A stretch of 64,000 nt of DNA, taken from positions 65,658,001 through 65,722,000 of the forward strand of contig NC_086109.1 in NCBI RefSeq assembly GCF_963921235.1. Direction: 5' to 3'. Each line of letters begins with the position of its first letter. Positions within the stretch are counted from its first letter, which is position 1. The notes under the pieces were generated by a model. The model searched no databases and was not told where the DNA came from. It was given only the letters and a program-made list of their open reading frames with translations. The position numbers were made by a program, and so were the translations under genes. Shown here piece after piece: positions 23,471-36,739 of the stretch. This DNA is from Mobula hypostoma (lineage: Eukaryota).

Positions 23471-24529
23471 TTTGTTCACTTTGAACTAAATAGATAGGGG
23501 GTGGCAAATGGTGCAGTGGCAGTTGCTGTCTCACTGCTCCAGAAACCTGGGGTTCAATCCTGATGTTGGGTACTGTCAGTGTGGAGTTTGCATGTTTTCC
23601 CTGTAACCACATGGATGTCCTCTGGGTACTCTGGTTTCCTCCCACATTCCAAAGATGAGGAGTCTGCTGGGTTAGTAGGCTGCTGTAAAATGCCTCCAGG
23701 ATGTAGGCGAGGAGTACTAGAATTAGGCTTAATAGCACTGGCATATGTCATGAAATTTGTTCTAATGCAGCGCAGTACATTGCAATGCACAATAATAAAA
23801 ATTGTCAATTACAGTAAGTATATATAAATCTATATACAAAAAAGTTAAATTAACTGAGCAGAGCAAAAAAAGTAATGAGATAGTGTTCGTGGTTCAATGT
23901 CTATTTAGAAATCGGGTGACAGATGGGAAGAAGCTGTTCCTGAATCACTGAGCGTGTGGCTTCAGGCTCCTGTACCTTCTTTCCAATCGTAGCAATGAGA
24001 TCAAGGCATTACCTGGATGGTAGGGGTCCTTAATGATGGATGCCGCCTTTTCGAGGCAATCGCTCCTTGAAGATGTCCTGGATGCTGGGGGTGCTAGGAG
24101 CTATGATAGAGCTGACTGAGATTACAAGTCTCTGCAGCTTATTTTGATCCTGTGAAGTGCCACCCCTCACAACAGACAGTGATGCAGCTAGTTACAATTC
24201 TCTCCATGATACATTTGTAGAAATTTGCAAATCTGAAGGGTGTTGATGGTAATTTGGGGAGAATTTGAAAAAGGGGGGATTAATGTAGGGATAGGGGGAT
24301 TAATGTTTGGTTAATGGGCAACACAGACTTGATGGGCCAAAGGGCCTGTTTCCCAGTTGTATTTCTCAGTGACTATAGCCACTGTTTCATCACTGCCTGA
24401 CTTTTAATGTAGTCTTTTCATTTACCATAGCTACCTCACTTCATACCATCACAAGTCTCTTTATTGAGATTTACAACCTGAGTTTAAAGTTGATCTAAAT
24501 CACTTTATATTTCTGTATTATATTTCATA

Positions 24530-25235
24530 TTGTGATTCATAAAGTCTCCTTTATTACAGAATCCTCAATCCCTCATTTCACTTGGGTAGCCAACAGCCCA
24601 AAGATATGGGTAATTTTTTTTCCCAGTGTCAGGTAACCCACTCCCTGTGTGTCCCTTTCCCCCTAGCACTGGCCCACCTGGGTTCTCTGTCCCTTTGGCC
24701 ACCTTTCCTTCCCCCTCACACCCTTCCCCACTTTTAAGTCAATTTGTTACTATCCCCAACTGCCCGTCACTCACACATCGGCCCAGGCTTTCGTCTACCT
24801 TGGTCTGCCTCTTCCATCCCTTCCTCCATCTGGTCCATCCCACCTCTCACCCCTTATGTCGTCTTCCAGCCTCTGAGTTTACATTCCCCACACATTTCCT
24901 ACCCCCACCACCTGGTTCCATCCACCCATTTATTTCCTTATCTGTTTCCAACTATCACCCCGTAGCCTCTGTCTCAGGCTCCCCACCACCTCACTGTGGT
25001 CCACCTGTCCAGCTGCCCCCTCCTCTCCAGGTTGCCTCCTCTCTACTCTCTCAGTCCTGGATGCAGAATTTCCACCATAGGCTGATCCCAGCCTGTTTTA
25101 CCCCTCCTCTCACCTCTTTTTACTGGCTGCCTCGTCACTACACTCTCTCCTGAAGTAGAATCTCGACCAGAAACATTGATCGTCCCTCTGTCTGCATAGA
25201 TGCTTCTTGACACCACCGTTCGTTATTTTTTCAGA
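24530..25235 (+). mobile_element. Penelope-like 3' region/pLTR remnant (pyrimidine-rich)
   Basis: Ends in a degenerate ctgaagtag...gaaacattga...gatgct motif, like other copies. Confidence 0.5.
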
Positions 25236-26349
25236 TTACACAATTTTGTCATCAAATAACCCTTTTCTCATTATCCTATCCTACATCTAAAATATGATTC
25301 CTCAATATTCAGTGTAAATTGACACAGTGTAAATCTGGCAATATATAAATAACTTCAACAGCCAAATTATGCAAAGGAAGATCTTATAAACATAAGCTAA
25401 ATGGGCATTTAATTTGGAGGAATAAATGCAAGCCAGCAGCCTGGGAGAACTTGTTGCGTTGTATTTACTTATTTTTTTTCAACTGATGAACAAGAGGCCC
25501 CCATGTAAATATTATGTCCAAAAGATGGAATTTTGACTGCGGAACTTCCTGCACTGAAATGTCAGGACAGGTTTTCTGCTTGCTTTCACTGGGCAGGAAA
25601 TTAATCCTACAGCTGTCTGACTTGGGATTTGGAGCATCAGCACTGACTAGTGGATCAAACAAACCCACCTCTTTATATAGCAAAGTGCCTAATACACAAT
25701 GGAGTAGACAAGAATTTTATGACTTGGTGATCAGGAGCTTGGATGTTAATTATAAACCTCTGTGCTAATCCTGTGATCACCTGGATGGCTTGCCAAGTTT
25801 CTCTGTCTAAGCACTCATTTTATCCTTTCTTGCATGCTGATAGCCCCATGTTGCCATAGCACCAGCCTGATGATGTCAGAGATACACAAGTTCTACGTCA
25901 CTGTTATTCTTCTTGCCCATTCACCTGTCCTTATCTTGTTCAGTGTGCTCACAACAGAATGGTAACACATTGTGTGGATAATTTTTAAACATTCACGGAA
26001 AAAATTTGAAATTGTGAATGTTCTGTAAATTGGGTATCTTCCCTGTTATTTTCATTTAAAGTTACTTTACAAAGATGTGACCTTTTTACGTAGAGCTGAT
26101 GGTAACAAGCTATAAAAATATATTTTCTAGAGATTAGAGCAGTTGTGGGATTGTTGACACTGTTAAATTGGAGGGAAAATGTTGATATTGCAATTTTCTT
26201 TGTATCTTTTGGACAAAATACTTGGCCAAATGTGGTGGCAAAAGATATACATCTTTTACAATATATTTGTAATATATAAGCTTAAGAATGAGATATTCTT
26301 AAGTACAGTGATTTATTACAACATGCAGTACTCTGTAGAGCTGTAATAC

Positions 26350-26815
26350 TGAGAGCGGCTTTGGTCACAACACTGTTGGAAGTATGTGACTACACTGAAG
26401 AGGGTGCAAAGGAGATTCACCAGGAAGCTGCCTGGGATGGGATGTCTGAGTTGGGAGATTTTGGATAGGTTGGGTTTGTTTGTCTTGGAGCAGAGAAGGC
26501 TGAGGGAGATACCTGAAAGAGTGAAATAAAGTTACCAGGGGTTTAGAGTAGATAAAAGAAACCTTTTCCTGTGGCTGCGGTGTCTAAGACCAAAGGGCAT
26601 AGCTTTAATGCGTAGAAGGTTTGGAAGGAATCAGAGGAAGAGTTACTTCACGCAGAGACAGTTGAAGTCTGCAAAGTGCTCAGGAAATAGTGAGACTCTC
26701 ACACATTTAAACAATCTCATGAGTTGCAGTAAATGGGATTAGTATGGATAGCTGCTTGCTTGTCAGAATAGACACGGTGGGCGGAAAGGCCTACTTCTGT
26801 ACTCTACGATTCTGT
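26350..26815 (+). mobile_element. Old CR1 3' fragment
   Basis: Degenerate RVQRRFTR-LPGM...LEQRRLRGD region. Similar remnants at 27400-27830(+), 28115-28480(-) and 29580-29840(+). Confidence 0.65.
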
Positions 26816-26911
26816 TGCAAAGAGTACTAGAACAAGAAATAGTGGGGCAGTAGAGTGGCATAGCAGTTAGCTTAATGCTATTACAGTACCAGTGATTTAA
26901 GACCATAATAC

Positions 26912-27308
26912 AGACATTCGACCCTGCAAAAACTCATTTCAGGGAGGTAGCACCATCAATTTGTGGGAGACTCCCAGGAAAGGTGGGATGTCTGCAATAG
27001 AGTAGTTCCTTAGCAGCCAGCCAGCCAGTTTAAATAATGTTAGCTATGCTAATGAACGAATGACACCTGTTAAACTCACCTCAACATGTCTTTTACAGTC
27101 TTAACCCACCATGGGCAATAGAAAAGTCACTGTTGCAAACAGTGCAGCGAGCAACACTGTCATTATTTTGACCCCTATTAGGCAGGGATACACTTTAGTG
27201 TAGTCTGGGGTGACGTATGTTTTATATTTTCTTTTTTTTTTGGAACACTCTGCCATGGCGTGCTCTCGCTCACACGCTCTCTCTCTCGTGGTCGCTCGCG
27301 CGCTCACC
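26912..27308 (-). mobile_element. hAT-like DNA transposon fragment encoding an N-terminal BED-type zinc finger
   Basis: MAECSKKKRKYKTY...YPCL (frameshift) NDSVARCTVCNSDFSIAHGG (frameshift) DCKRHVE; lies between the head and tail of a V-SINE. Confidence 0.55.
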
Positions 27309-29149
27309 CTGGGCCCATCGGTCCAGAAAGGCCTTTTACTGTGCTGTATCTCTAAATGAAATAAAAGAATAAGGAAATCATAATATGTCATTATTAAATA
27401 CTGACCAGCCACAACTGGGATATGGTGTTCAATTCTGGCAGCGCACTTTAGGAACAATATGAACGTCTTGGAGTAGGTACAGAGGACGTTTACTGGAATT
27501 ATTCCAGGGGCTTCATTTCTGTGGATAGGATGAAAAGCTGAATCTATTCTCCTCAGAACAGAAGAGATTGCACTTTGATAAATCCAATTAAAATCATGAA
27601 AAATATGAGTTAGTGAAACTGTTCTCAGTGGCGGAGAGAACATAAATGCAGAGACATTGAGAGTGATTGACGATAGAACCAAAATTAATGTGAGGAATTT
27701 TCTTGGATGGGGTGGAAATGCACTGTCGGAGGGGGTAGTGGAAGCAGATTCAATCCTGTCATTAAAAAGGTAAATCTCTGTCAGGGGAAGGAAATTTTGC
27801 GGGACTATGGGCAGGAGGAGTGTTCTTGCCTAGCACTGGTTTACAGGCAACGGCCTCATTCAAGCTTGTGACCCCTCTTTGAGGAAGCTTGGGGCTAGCC
27901 ATTTCAACCAGAGCAAATACTTCATTTGTCTCTGACCAGTGACCGATTATGGGATTTGTGTACCTGAATCAGCCAGCAGGCCTGGCAAACTGGTTGAGGA
28001 TCCACGGTGTGTGCGATAGGGTGGGAAACAATTGTCATTTTGTTCAGGGGCATTCAGCATGTTTTGAATCTAGAATCAGGATGACCAGTACAGTTTTTTC
28101 AGTATAAACAGAGTAAGACCATAAGACATACAGTAGGGCCAGAATTAGCCCCTTCAGCCCATTGAGTGTGCCCCACTTTTCAGTCATGGCTAACTTCTTT
28201 TCCCTTTCCATCCCATTCTTTTGCTTCCTTTCTGTAACCTTTCACACTCTCACTAATAAAGAACTTACCAACCACCACTTTAAATATAATGACTTGGCCA
28301 CCACAGCCATCCGTGGCAGTGAATTCCACAGATTCACCACCCACTGGCTAAAGAAATCCCTCCTCATTTCTGTTCTAAAGGGACATTCTTGCATTCTGAG
28401 ATAGTGTGCTCTGGTCCGAGACTGCCCCACTATTGGAAATATCCTCTCCACATCCACTTTATCTTTCAGTATTCTATAGGTGGGAGCACCAATGTTTATT
28501 CTGTCCTAAGCCACATTCAACAGATCCAGAGTTAATTGCACAATGTGTTCTATAACTGATTTCCCATACTCTCCAGCTTTGCCCCCAACAGATACATTTT
28601 TACAGTTGTAAATCTAGTCCAAGGTAATTGCTAATCCCCTCAGAACAAGGGCGGTGAACATATGGCATACGTGCCGTAGGTGGCTCATTAAAACACATTT
28701 TTGGCACACAGCTTGCAGTGTTGCCCCTCAATCTTTTAAACCCCCACCCATAATAAAAAGATGCATGATGATTATCTTTACTGCCAAACAAAGCAGTGAA
28801 TTATTTTTTACAATGCAAGAGTGGTGAGATGTTTTCACAGGAAACATTTCATGCGGGCTTGGCACCAGCTAGACGGTTGCAAGAACTCGTGAATGTTGGA
28901 TGATGTGTTTTGAAATCTTCACAGACCTGGTGTACACATCTGTATTTGGATAGTAAACAGTTGGGATAGTTGACATTGACTTTGATTTTCCTTCTGTCGT
29001 TTGCGAATGAGCACGGGACACTCAGTAACAGATACAATAAATAATGTGTGTAGTTTAGCACCTCCATGAATATTTATTTTTACTTAAAAATTAATATTAA
29101 TAATTTTTGAACAGGTTTTTTGAAATACTTAATTTATTTCAATCTCTGC

Positions 29150-29478
29150 TGACATTTTACTTCTTCTCATCCCCCCTCCCCCCTGTACTTCCCCATTTCG
29201 ACCTTTTACTTCCCCCGGATCTCCCCCTCCTTCTCTTTCTCTTATGGTCCACTGTCCTTTCCTATCAGATTCCTTCTTCTCCACCCCTCGACTTTTCCCT
29301 CTCACCTGTGTTCACATTCCAGCTAGCCTCTTTCTCCTCGCCCCACCTTTTTATTTTGGCTTCCTTCTTCCTTTGCAGTCCTGAAGAAGGGTCTCAGCCC
29401 AAAACAGCGACTATCTATTCATTTCCATAGATGCTGCCTGACTGGCTGAGTCCCTCCAGCATTTTGTGTGTGTTGCTA
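29150..29478 (+). mobile_element. Penelope-like pLTR/tail with a degenerate hammerhead
   Basis: cagtcCTGAAGAagggtctcagcccAAAAcagcgact, then gatgctgcctgactggctgag...tgtgtgtgttgc. Confidence 0.7.
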
Positions 29479-30384
29479 AACATCTAAATATCCCTTTTTT
29501 TTAGAACAAAGTCCATAATTACTGTTACTAATTCATTAATCAATGATAACCTCTGCTGAAAATTACTACGGTACATGGGAGAATCTTTTAGAAGGGTGGT
29601 GCATTTGTGAAATTTGTTGCCACACGCAGCTGTGAAAGCCAGGTCATTATGTGTATTTAAGGCAGAGATTGATAGGTTCTTGATTGGACATGGCATCAAA
29701 GGTTACGTGGAACAAAGGCCGGGAACTGGGGTTGAGGAGGAGATAGAAAGAAGGGATCAGCCATAATTGAATAACGGAGCAGACTCGATGGGCCAGATGG
29801 CCTAATTCTGCTCCTATGTCTTTTGGTCTTATAGTCTAAGATTATTGCCAGTTTGGGAACATGCTCTCAGAAATAGTCATCACCCCTGCTGCAGGAGATA
29901 GTATCTAATTTCTTCTGAGGTGGTCTCTTGGGATCAAGAGTGGTTTGCTCCATTTTGTGGAATCGGAGTTGAACAGTGCAGGCTGTCCCACAGTTGAGAC
30001 GGGAGGTACTTGTTGGGATGGGTGGGTAGGTGGCTGACTTCTTACACTATTTACACAAGGCTTCCAAGATCTCCCAGGACATAACCTCAAGGTAATCTAT
30101 TCCATCCTGAATGCTCTTTCTTCACTTTGAGCAGTCGTCGACCAAAATTCCCAGAAGTCAGTGGGGCTGCTGCATTTCCTCAAGGAGGCTTTGAACACAT
30201 CCTTGAATCTTTTCCTGCCTAGTAATCTCTTTCCATGGCAAAGACTGGAACAGAAGGTCTGGTTTGGGAATCTTGTCAGGCGTGTCTGATATGACCGGCT
30301 CAGTATACCTGCCTCAATACTTGTTATTTTTAATTTTAATATCAAAATCAACTTTATTCATAACAAAATATTACAATGGATTCT

Positions 30385-31015
30385 GATTCAAATACCTGGG
30401 GATACGAATTGACAATAAACTGGACTAGTCAAAGAACACTGAGGCTGTCTACAAGAAGGGTCAGAGCCGTCTCTATTTCCTGAGGAGACTGAGGTCCTTT
30501 AACATCTGCCAGACGGATGCTGAGGATGTTCTACGAGTCTGTGGTGGCCAGTGCTATCATGTGCTGGGGCAGCGGGCTGAGGGTAGTAGACACCAACAGA
30601 ATCAACAAACTCATTCGTAAGGTAGTGATATTGTGGGGATGGAACTGGACTCTCACTGTAGTGTCTGAAAAGAGGATGCTGTCCAAGTTGCATGCCATCT
30701 TGGTCAATGTCTCCCATCCACTACAGAATGTACTGGTTGGGCACAGGAGTACATTCAGCCAGAGACTCATTCCACCGAGATGCAGCACTGAGCGTCATAG
30801 GAAGTCATTCCTGCCTGTGGCCATCAAACTTTACAACTCCTCCCTTGGAGGGTCAGACACCCTGAGCCAATAGGCTGGTCCTGGACTTATTTCATAATTT
30901 ACTGGCATAATTTACATATTACTATTTAACTATTTATGGTTCTATTACTATTTATTATTTATGGTGCAACTGTAACGAAAACCAATTTCCCCCAATAAAG
31001 TATGACTATGACTAT
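30385..31015 (+). mobile_element. Rex1-type LINE 3' end (young)
   Basis: KYLGIRIDNKLDW...KKGQSRLYFLRRLRSFN, ORF 30517-30873, AATAAAG + (TATGAC)n tail. Confidence 0.85.
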
Positions 31016-31600
31016 TAATTGGGCCATCGATTATTCGGGGCAGCCACTTATTTGGGACAACTTTTAAAGAACAAAAGCCAATTGAGAAATAGCCAGGGTT
31101 CCCTTCGTTTATTTGGAACACTCTGCTGCTTAATTGGGGCAGGAGACTGCTGCCAAATAGTTTCTAACTAGCATCACTCATGTGCACTTGTGCGCCATCA
31201 GACACAACACCGTGCTTAGAACGAACAGTTTTTAAATAGTGTCGGAAACAAGAGGTTGTGCAGATGCTGGAAATCCAAGCAACATACACAAAATGCTGGA
31301 GGAACTCAGCAGGCCAGGCAGCATCTACGGAAAAGAGTATGGTCAACATTTCAAGCTAAGACCCTTTGTCACAACTAACACTAAATAGTGTCAGTTGTGT
31401 GCACGTGTTCAAAAAGCAGTGAGTTTTGAAAGCAACGAGCAGATTCTTTGAATAACTCCAATAAATAACAAGCTGATAAATTCCCGTAATGCTTTGTCAC
31501 ACACAATGTAAGTGTTTTTGGAACATTTGGTAACAGTTCTGGGTAGGGGAGATGTTTATGCATGTTCTAGATAACAACACAGCAGTTTTCAATGAAAGAA
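31016..31600. mobile_element. Tigger/pogo-like non-autonomous DNA transposon remnant with a nested Penelope tail (~31245-31378,-)
   Basis: Repeated (c)ttaattggg(g)c subterminal motifs; weak assignment. Confidence 0.35.
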
Positions 31601-31844
31601 AATTAATCACTCTGATTAATTGTATGAACTGAGCACTCCAGCTGTTAATTCAGCTGTGAATTACCACAGCCGAACAGGAAAATACAAAAGGAAGGGAAGT
31701 GGTACATTTAAATAGCACCTTTCACATTGTCAGGCTGAGCCCCAGAGCTGCAAGATTAATAAAGAACTTTTTTAAAGTATTGTAGAAAATAGAGCAATCA
31801 GGTTGCTAACATGGGAAAAGAGATTTGTCTGATGCTCCTGAAGC

Positions 31845-32743
31845 AGTTCACATTGGTGAGACCATCATAAATTGGGGGACTGCTTCGTTGAACACCTGCG
31901 CACCATCTGCCACAAGCAGGATTTCCTGACAGCCAAATATTTTTATTCTGATTTGCATTCCCTTTCGGACATAGCAGTACAAAGCCTCCACTCGTGCCAA
32001 GATGAGGCCACCTTCAGGGTAGAGGAGCAGCACCCTATATTTTGTCTGGGTAGTCTCCAGCCTGGTGGCAAGAATATCAATTTCTCCTTCCAGTATTCAA
32101 ATTTTCCCTCCTTCCCTTCTTCCTCCATTCCTCATTCTGACCTTTTAGCTCTTCTCACCTGCCTGTTACTTCCCCCTGGGTCCCATCCTCCTTCCCTTTC
32201 TCTTATGGTCCACTCTCCTGTCCTATCAAATTCGTTGTTGTCCAGCCCTTGACCTTTAACACCCACCTGGCTTCACCTATCACCTTCCAGCTAACCTCCT
32301 TCACCCCCACCACCCGACAAACTTTTTATTCTGGCAACTTCACCCTTCTCAGTCCTGAAGAAGAGTCTTAGTCCAAAATGTCAACTATCTATTCATTTCA
32401 TGGCCAAGTGGTTAAGGCGTTCGTCTAGTGATCCGAAGGTCGCTAGTTCAAACCTTGGCTGAGGCAGCGTGTTGTGTCCTTGAGCAAGGCACTTAACACA
32501 TTGCTCTGAGACAACACTGGTGCCAAGCTGTATGGGTCCTAATGCCCTTCCCTTGGACAACATTGGTGGCGTGGAGAGGGGAGACTTGCAGCATGGGCAA
32601 CTACCAGTCTTCCATACAACCTTGCCTGGGCCTGCACCCTGGAAACCTTCCAAGGGGCAAATCCATGGTCTCACTAGACTAATGGATGCCTATCTTAATA
32701 CCTTATCTATTCATTTCAATCAATGCTGCCTGACTTGCTGAGT
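31845..32743 (+). mobile_element. Penelope-like element 3' end (GIY-YIG C-terminus + pLTR), hit by a SINE and a CR1
   Basis: HIGET...GDCFVEHLRTICHK...EEQHPIFCLGSLQPGGKNI; the tail resumes at ~34047 after the CR1. Confidence 0.85.
32401..32703 (+). mobile_element. tRNA-head SINE with an RTE-like tail
   Basis: A box TGGCCAAGTGG, B box GTTCAAACC, 15-bp TSD tatctattcatttca (32386-32400 and 32704-32718). A second copy lies at ~45157-45410. Confidence 0.85.
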
Positions 32744-32759
32744 TGTGAAAGGAACTTGC

Positions 32760-34046
32760 TGTGAAAGGAAAATCATATCTGACGAATCTCATAGAATTTT
32801 TTGAGGATGTAACTAGTAATGTGGATAGGGGAGAACCAGTGGATGTGGTATATTTGGATTTTCAAAAGGCTTTTGACAAGGTCCCACACGGGAGATTAGT
32901 GTGCAAACTTAAAGCACACGGTATTGGGGGTATGGTATTGATGTGGATAGAGAATTGGTTGGCAGACAGGAAGCAAAGAGTGGGAATAAACGGGACCTTT
33001 TCAGAATGGCAGTCAGTGACGAGTGGGGTACTGCAAGGCTCAGTGCTGGGACCCCAGTTGTTTACAATATATATTAATGACTTAGACGAGGGAATTAAAT
33101 GCAGCATCTCCAAGTTTGCGGATGACACAAAGCTGGGTGGCAGTGTTAGCTGTGAGGAGGATGCTAAGAGGATGCAGGGTGACTTGGATAGGTTAGGTGA
33201 GTGGGCAAATTCATGGCAGATGCAATTTAATGTGGATAAATGTGAGGTTACCCACTTTGGTGGCAAGAACGGGCAAACAGATTATTATCTGAATGGTGGT
33301 CGATTAGGAAAAAGGGAGGTGCAACAAGACCTGGGTGTCATTGTACACCAGTCATTGAAAGTGGGCATGCAGGTACAGCAGGCAGTGAAAAAGGCAAGTG
33401 GTATGCTGGCATTTATAGCGAGAGGATTCGAGTACAGGAGCAGGGAGGTACTACTGCAGTTGTACAAGGCCTTGGTGAGACCACACCTGGAGTATTGTGT
33501 GCAGTTTTGGTCCCCTAATCTGAGGAAAGACATTCTTGCCATAGAGGGAGTACAAAGAAGGTTCACCAGATTGATTCCTGGGATGGCAGGCCTTTCATAT
33601 GAAGAAAGACTGGATCGGCTAGGCTTATACTTTCTGGAATTTAGAAGATTGAGGGGCGATCTTATTGAAATGTATAAAATTCTAAAGGGATTGGACAGGC
33701 TAGATGTAGGAAGATTGTTCCCGATGTTGGGGAAGTCCAGAACAAGGGGTCACAGTTTGAGGATAAAGGGGAAGCCTTTTAGGACCGAGATGAGGAAAAA
33801 CTTCTTCACACGGAGAGTGGTGAATCTGTGGAATTCTCTGCCACAGGAAACAGTTGAGGCCAGTTCATTGGCTATATTTAAGAGGCAGTTAGATATGGAC
33901 CTTGTAGCTAAAGGGATTGTGGGTATGGAGAAAAGGCAGGTACAGGGTTCTGAGTTGGATGATCAGCCATGATCGTACTGAATGGCGGTGCAGGCTCGAA
34001 GGGTGGAATGGCCTACTCCTGCACCTATTTTCTATGTTTCTGTGTT
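32760..34046 (+). mobile_element. Young 5'-truncated CR1 LINE (403-aa uninterrupted RT C-terminal ORF)
   Basis: ORF 32761-33972: YLDFQKAFDKVPH, QGSVLGP, KFADD, LVRPHLEYCVQFW; (CTATGTTT) tail. Confidence 0.95.
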
Positions 34047-35266
34047 CCTCCAGCATCTTGTGTGTGTTTCACGAGATTAAAAGAACCTGGTTTTGTAATT
34101 GCTAGCCAATATACTAGGGGGAAGTATAGTACATTTAGAATATGGCATGATTAAATCCAGACATGTTTTGCACTCTCTACATGTGTTGTATTAAGTAACA
34201 CAGAGCATGCTGTGGTGGCAATTTCCCAGTTAAGTGTCTTGCTAATAGCAGAAAAAATAGTATAATCCAATTGGCTACAATATTGGAGAGGGGTAATGTT
34301 GATGGAAATGCACAATGAAATGAAAGGCACACTGAACATTTTGTTAAACATTGCATTCCTCACATAGAATGTTGCCAAAAACATTGAACACATTTCAACA
34401 GCTAATTACTGCCCTGAACATTGGGGTGAAGTTCTCAATCGACAAAATGTCTCAATGTTATTCTCCTAGATACAGAAATTCAGGACCAACAGCTTTGCAG
34501 CATTTCTAGTACACGTTCTTCAACAGAGCAGTGCATCGGAAGAAATTTGGAATGAGATAACTAACATCTAATACAATCCCCCTGTTTATTGTTTTGCGTG
34601 TTTGAACTGTCCTTTAGAGTCAGACTGTTAGGGCATATTCTGGAGTTATGGGATATAGCAAATATTAATTTCAACAGAACCAGTTTTCAGATTTGAATAT
34701 GGATCGCGGATTGAATTAAAAATGCAGCTCGAAACAATGGTCCTCCTGGAGCTGCAGACTGGAGTTGATTGCAGACCAGGAAACACCCATTCACCTGAGA
34801 TATCTGCATAGGCATGAGTGCGGCAATGATGATTAACATTCAATCTGGGGTATCTGGAGTGTTAGTGTGAAGACTTAGGTGTTTGAAAATTATATATAAT
34901 TTAAATGAAATATTGTCAACACAGAGTATTGAAGTAACAATATCATTGTAACCTTTGAAATTGTAATGGGTTATCATTGATTTTAAGGGAATAAGGTGTA
35001 ATGTACTTAGAGTTTAGGAGGCCTCTTCTTCCAAGAGTGTCTCCAGTATAATTTCTGCTTGTTTGGCTGAATAAAGACTTCTATATCCACCAGCTTCAGG
35101 GTCTCTGAACTTTGTTCACAGTCACAACAGAAACATCCACTACGGAAGTGTCCTTCGGCCCATTTGGTTCATGCTGACCAGGATGTCCCACATAAGCTAG
35201 TTCCATTTGTGAGAGTACAATCTCAAATAACAATGAGATGGAGAAAAGTAAGGAGATAGAGAACTT

Positions 35267-36725
35267 AGACCATAAGACCATAAGGCATAGAAGCAGAATT
35301 AGGCCGTCTGGCCCATTGAGTCTGCTCCGCCATTCAATCATGGCTGATTCTTTTTTGTTTCTCCTCCTCAACCACAGTTCATCGCCTTCTCTCCGTAACC
35401 AAGAACCTAACAATCTCTGCCTTAAATACACCCAATGACTTGGCCTCCACAGCTGCATGTGGCAACAAATTCCACACATTTCTCCACATCTATGTTTTGA
35501 AAGGACACCCCTCTATCCTGAGGCTGCGCCCTCTTGTTCTAGACTCTCCCACCTTGGGAAACATCTTTCCCACGTCTACTCTGTCAAGGCCTTTCAACTT
35601 TCAAAAGGTTTCAATGAGATTCCCCCCTCATCCTTCTGAATTCCAATGAGTACAGACCCAGAGCGATCAAACGTTCCTCGTATGATAACCCTTTCATTTC
35701 TGGAATCATCCTTGTGAACCTCCTTTGGACCCTCTCCAATGCCAGCACATCTTTTCTCAGATAAGGGGTCCAAAACCATTCATAATACTCAAGGTGAGGC
35801 CTCACAGTGCCTTATAAAGCCTTAGCATCACATTGTTGCTCTTGTACTCTAGACCTCTTGAAATTAATGCTAACTTGGCATTTGCCTTCCTTATCACTGA
35901 CTCAACCTGCAAGTTAACCTTCAGGGTCTAATGCACAAGGACTCCCAAGTCCCTCTGCATCTCAGATTCCTGTATTTTCTCCCTGTTTAGAAAATAGACC
36001 ACACATTTATTTCTACTACCAAAGTGCATGACCATTCATTCTCCAAGATTGTATTTCATTTGCCACTTTCTTGCCTACTCTCCTAATCTGTCTAAGTCCT
36101 TCTGCATCCTACCTGTTTCTCCAACATTACCTGCCCCTTCACCAATCTTTATATTGTCTGCAAACTTGGCAACAAAGCTATCAATTCCATCATCTAAATC
36201 ACTTGTATACAGCATAAAAAGAAGTGGTCCCAACCCCAATCCCTGCGGAACACCACTAGTCACTGGCAGCCAACCAGAAAAGGATCCTTTTATTCCCACT
36301 CACTGCCTCCTATCAATCAGCCAATGTTGGTAACTTTCCTGTAATACCATGGGCTCTTAACTTGGTAAGCAGCCTCATGTGTGACACCTTGTCAAAGGCC
36401 TTCTGAAAGTCCAAATATACAACATCCACTGCATCCTCTTTATCTATCCTACTTGTAATCTTCTCAAAGAATTCCAACAGGTTCGTCAGGCAGGATTTTC
36501 CCTGAAGGAAACCATGCTGTCTTTGTACTATCTTGTCCTGTGTCACCAAGTACTCCATCACCTCATTGTTAACAATTGACTCTAACATCTTCCAACATCT
36601 GAGGTCAGGCTAACTATTCCATAATTTCCTTTCTGCTGCCTTCCTCCTTTGTTAAAGAGTAGAGTGACATTTGCAATTTTCCACTCCTCTGGCATCATGC
36701 CAGAGTCCAATGATTTTTGAAAGAT
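35267..36725 (-). mobile_element. CR1 LINE RT and 3' end, degraded
   Basis: QHGFLQGKSCLTNLLEFF, YLDFQKAFDKV, SGVPQG, RPHLEY...RVQRRFTRMIP. Confidence 0.9.
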
Positions 36726-36739
36726 ACTTAGTGAACTTA

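Noticed and set aside
24626-25153. 175-aa Pro/Ser-rich ORF
   Set aside because: Pyrimidine-rich Penelope 3' region with few stops for compositional reasons; the same applies to similar ORFs at 29107, 46004, 60669 and 61502.
27101-27682. 193-aa ORF
   Set aside because: Chance fusion of antisense CR1, a SINE tail and a transposon fragment.
32401-32465. tRNA gene (also at ~45160-45225)
   Set aside because: It is a SINE head: it continues into a repeat body and is bounded by a TSD.
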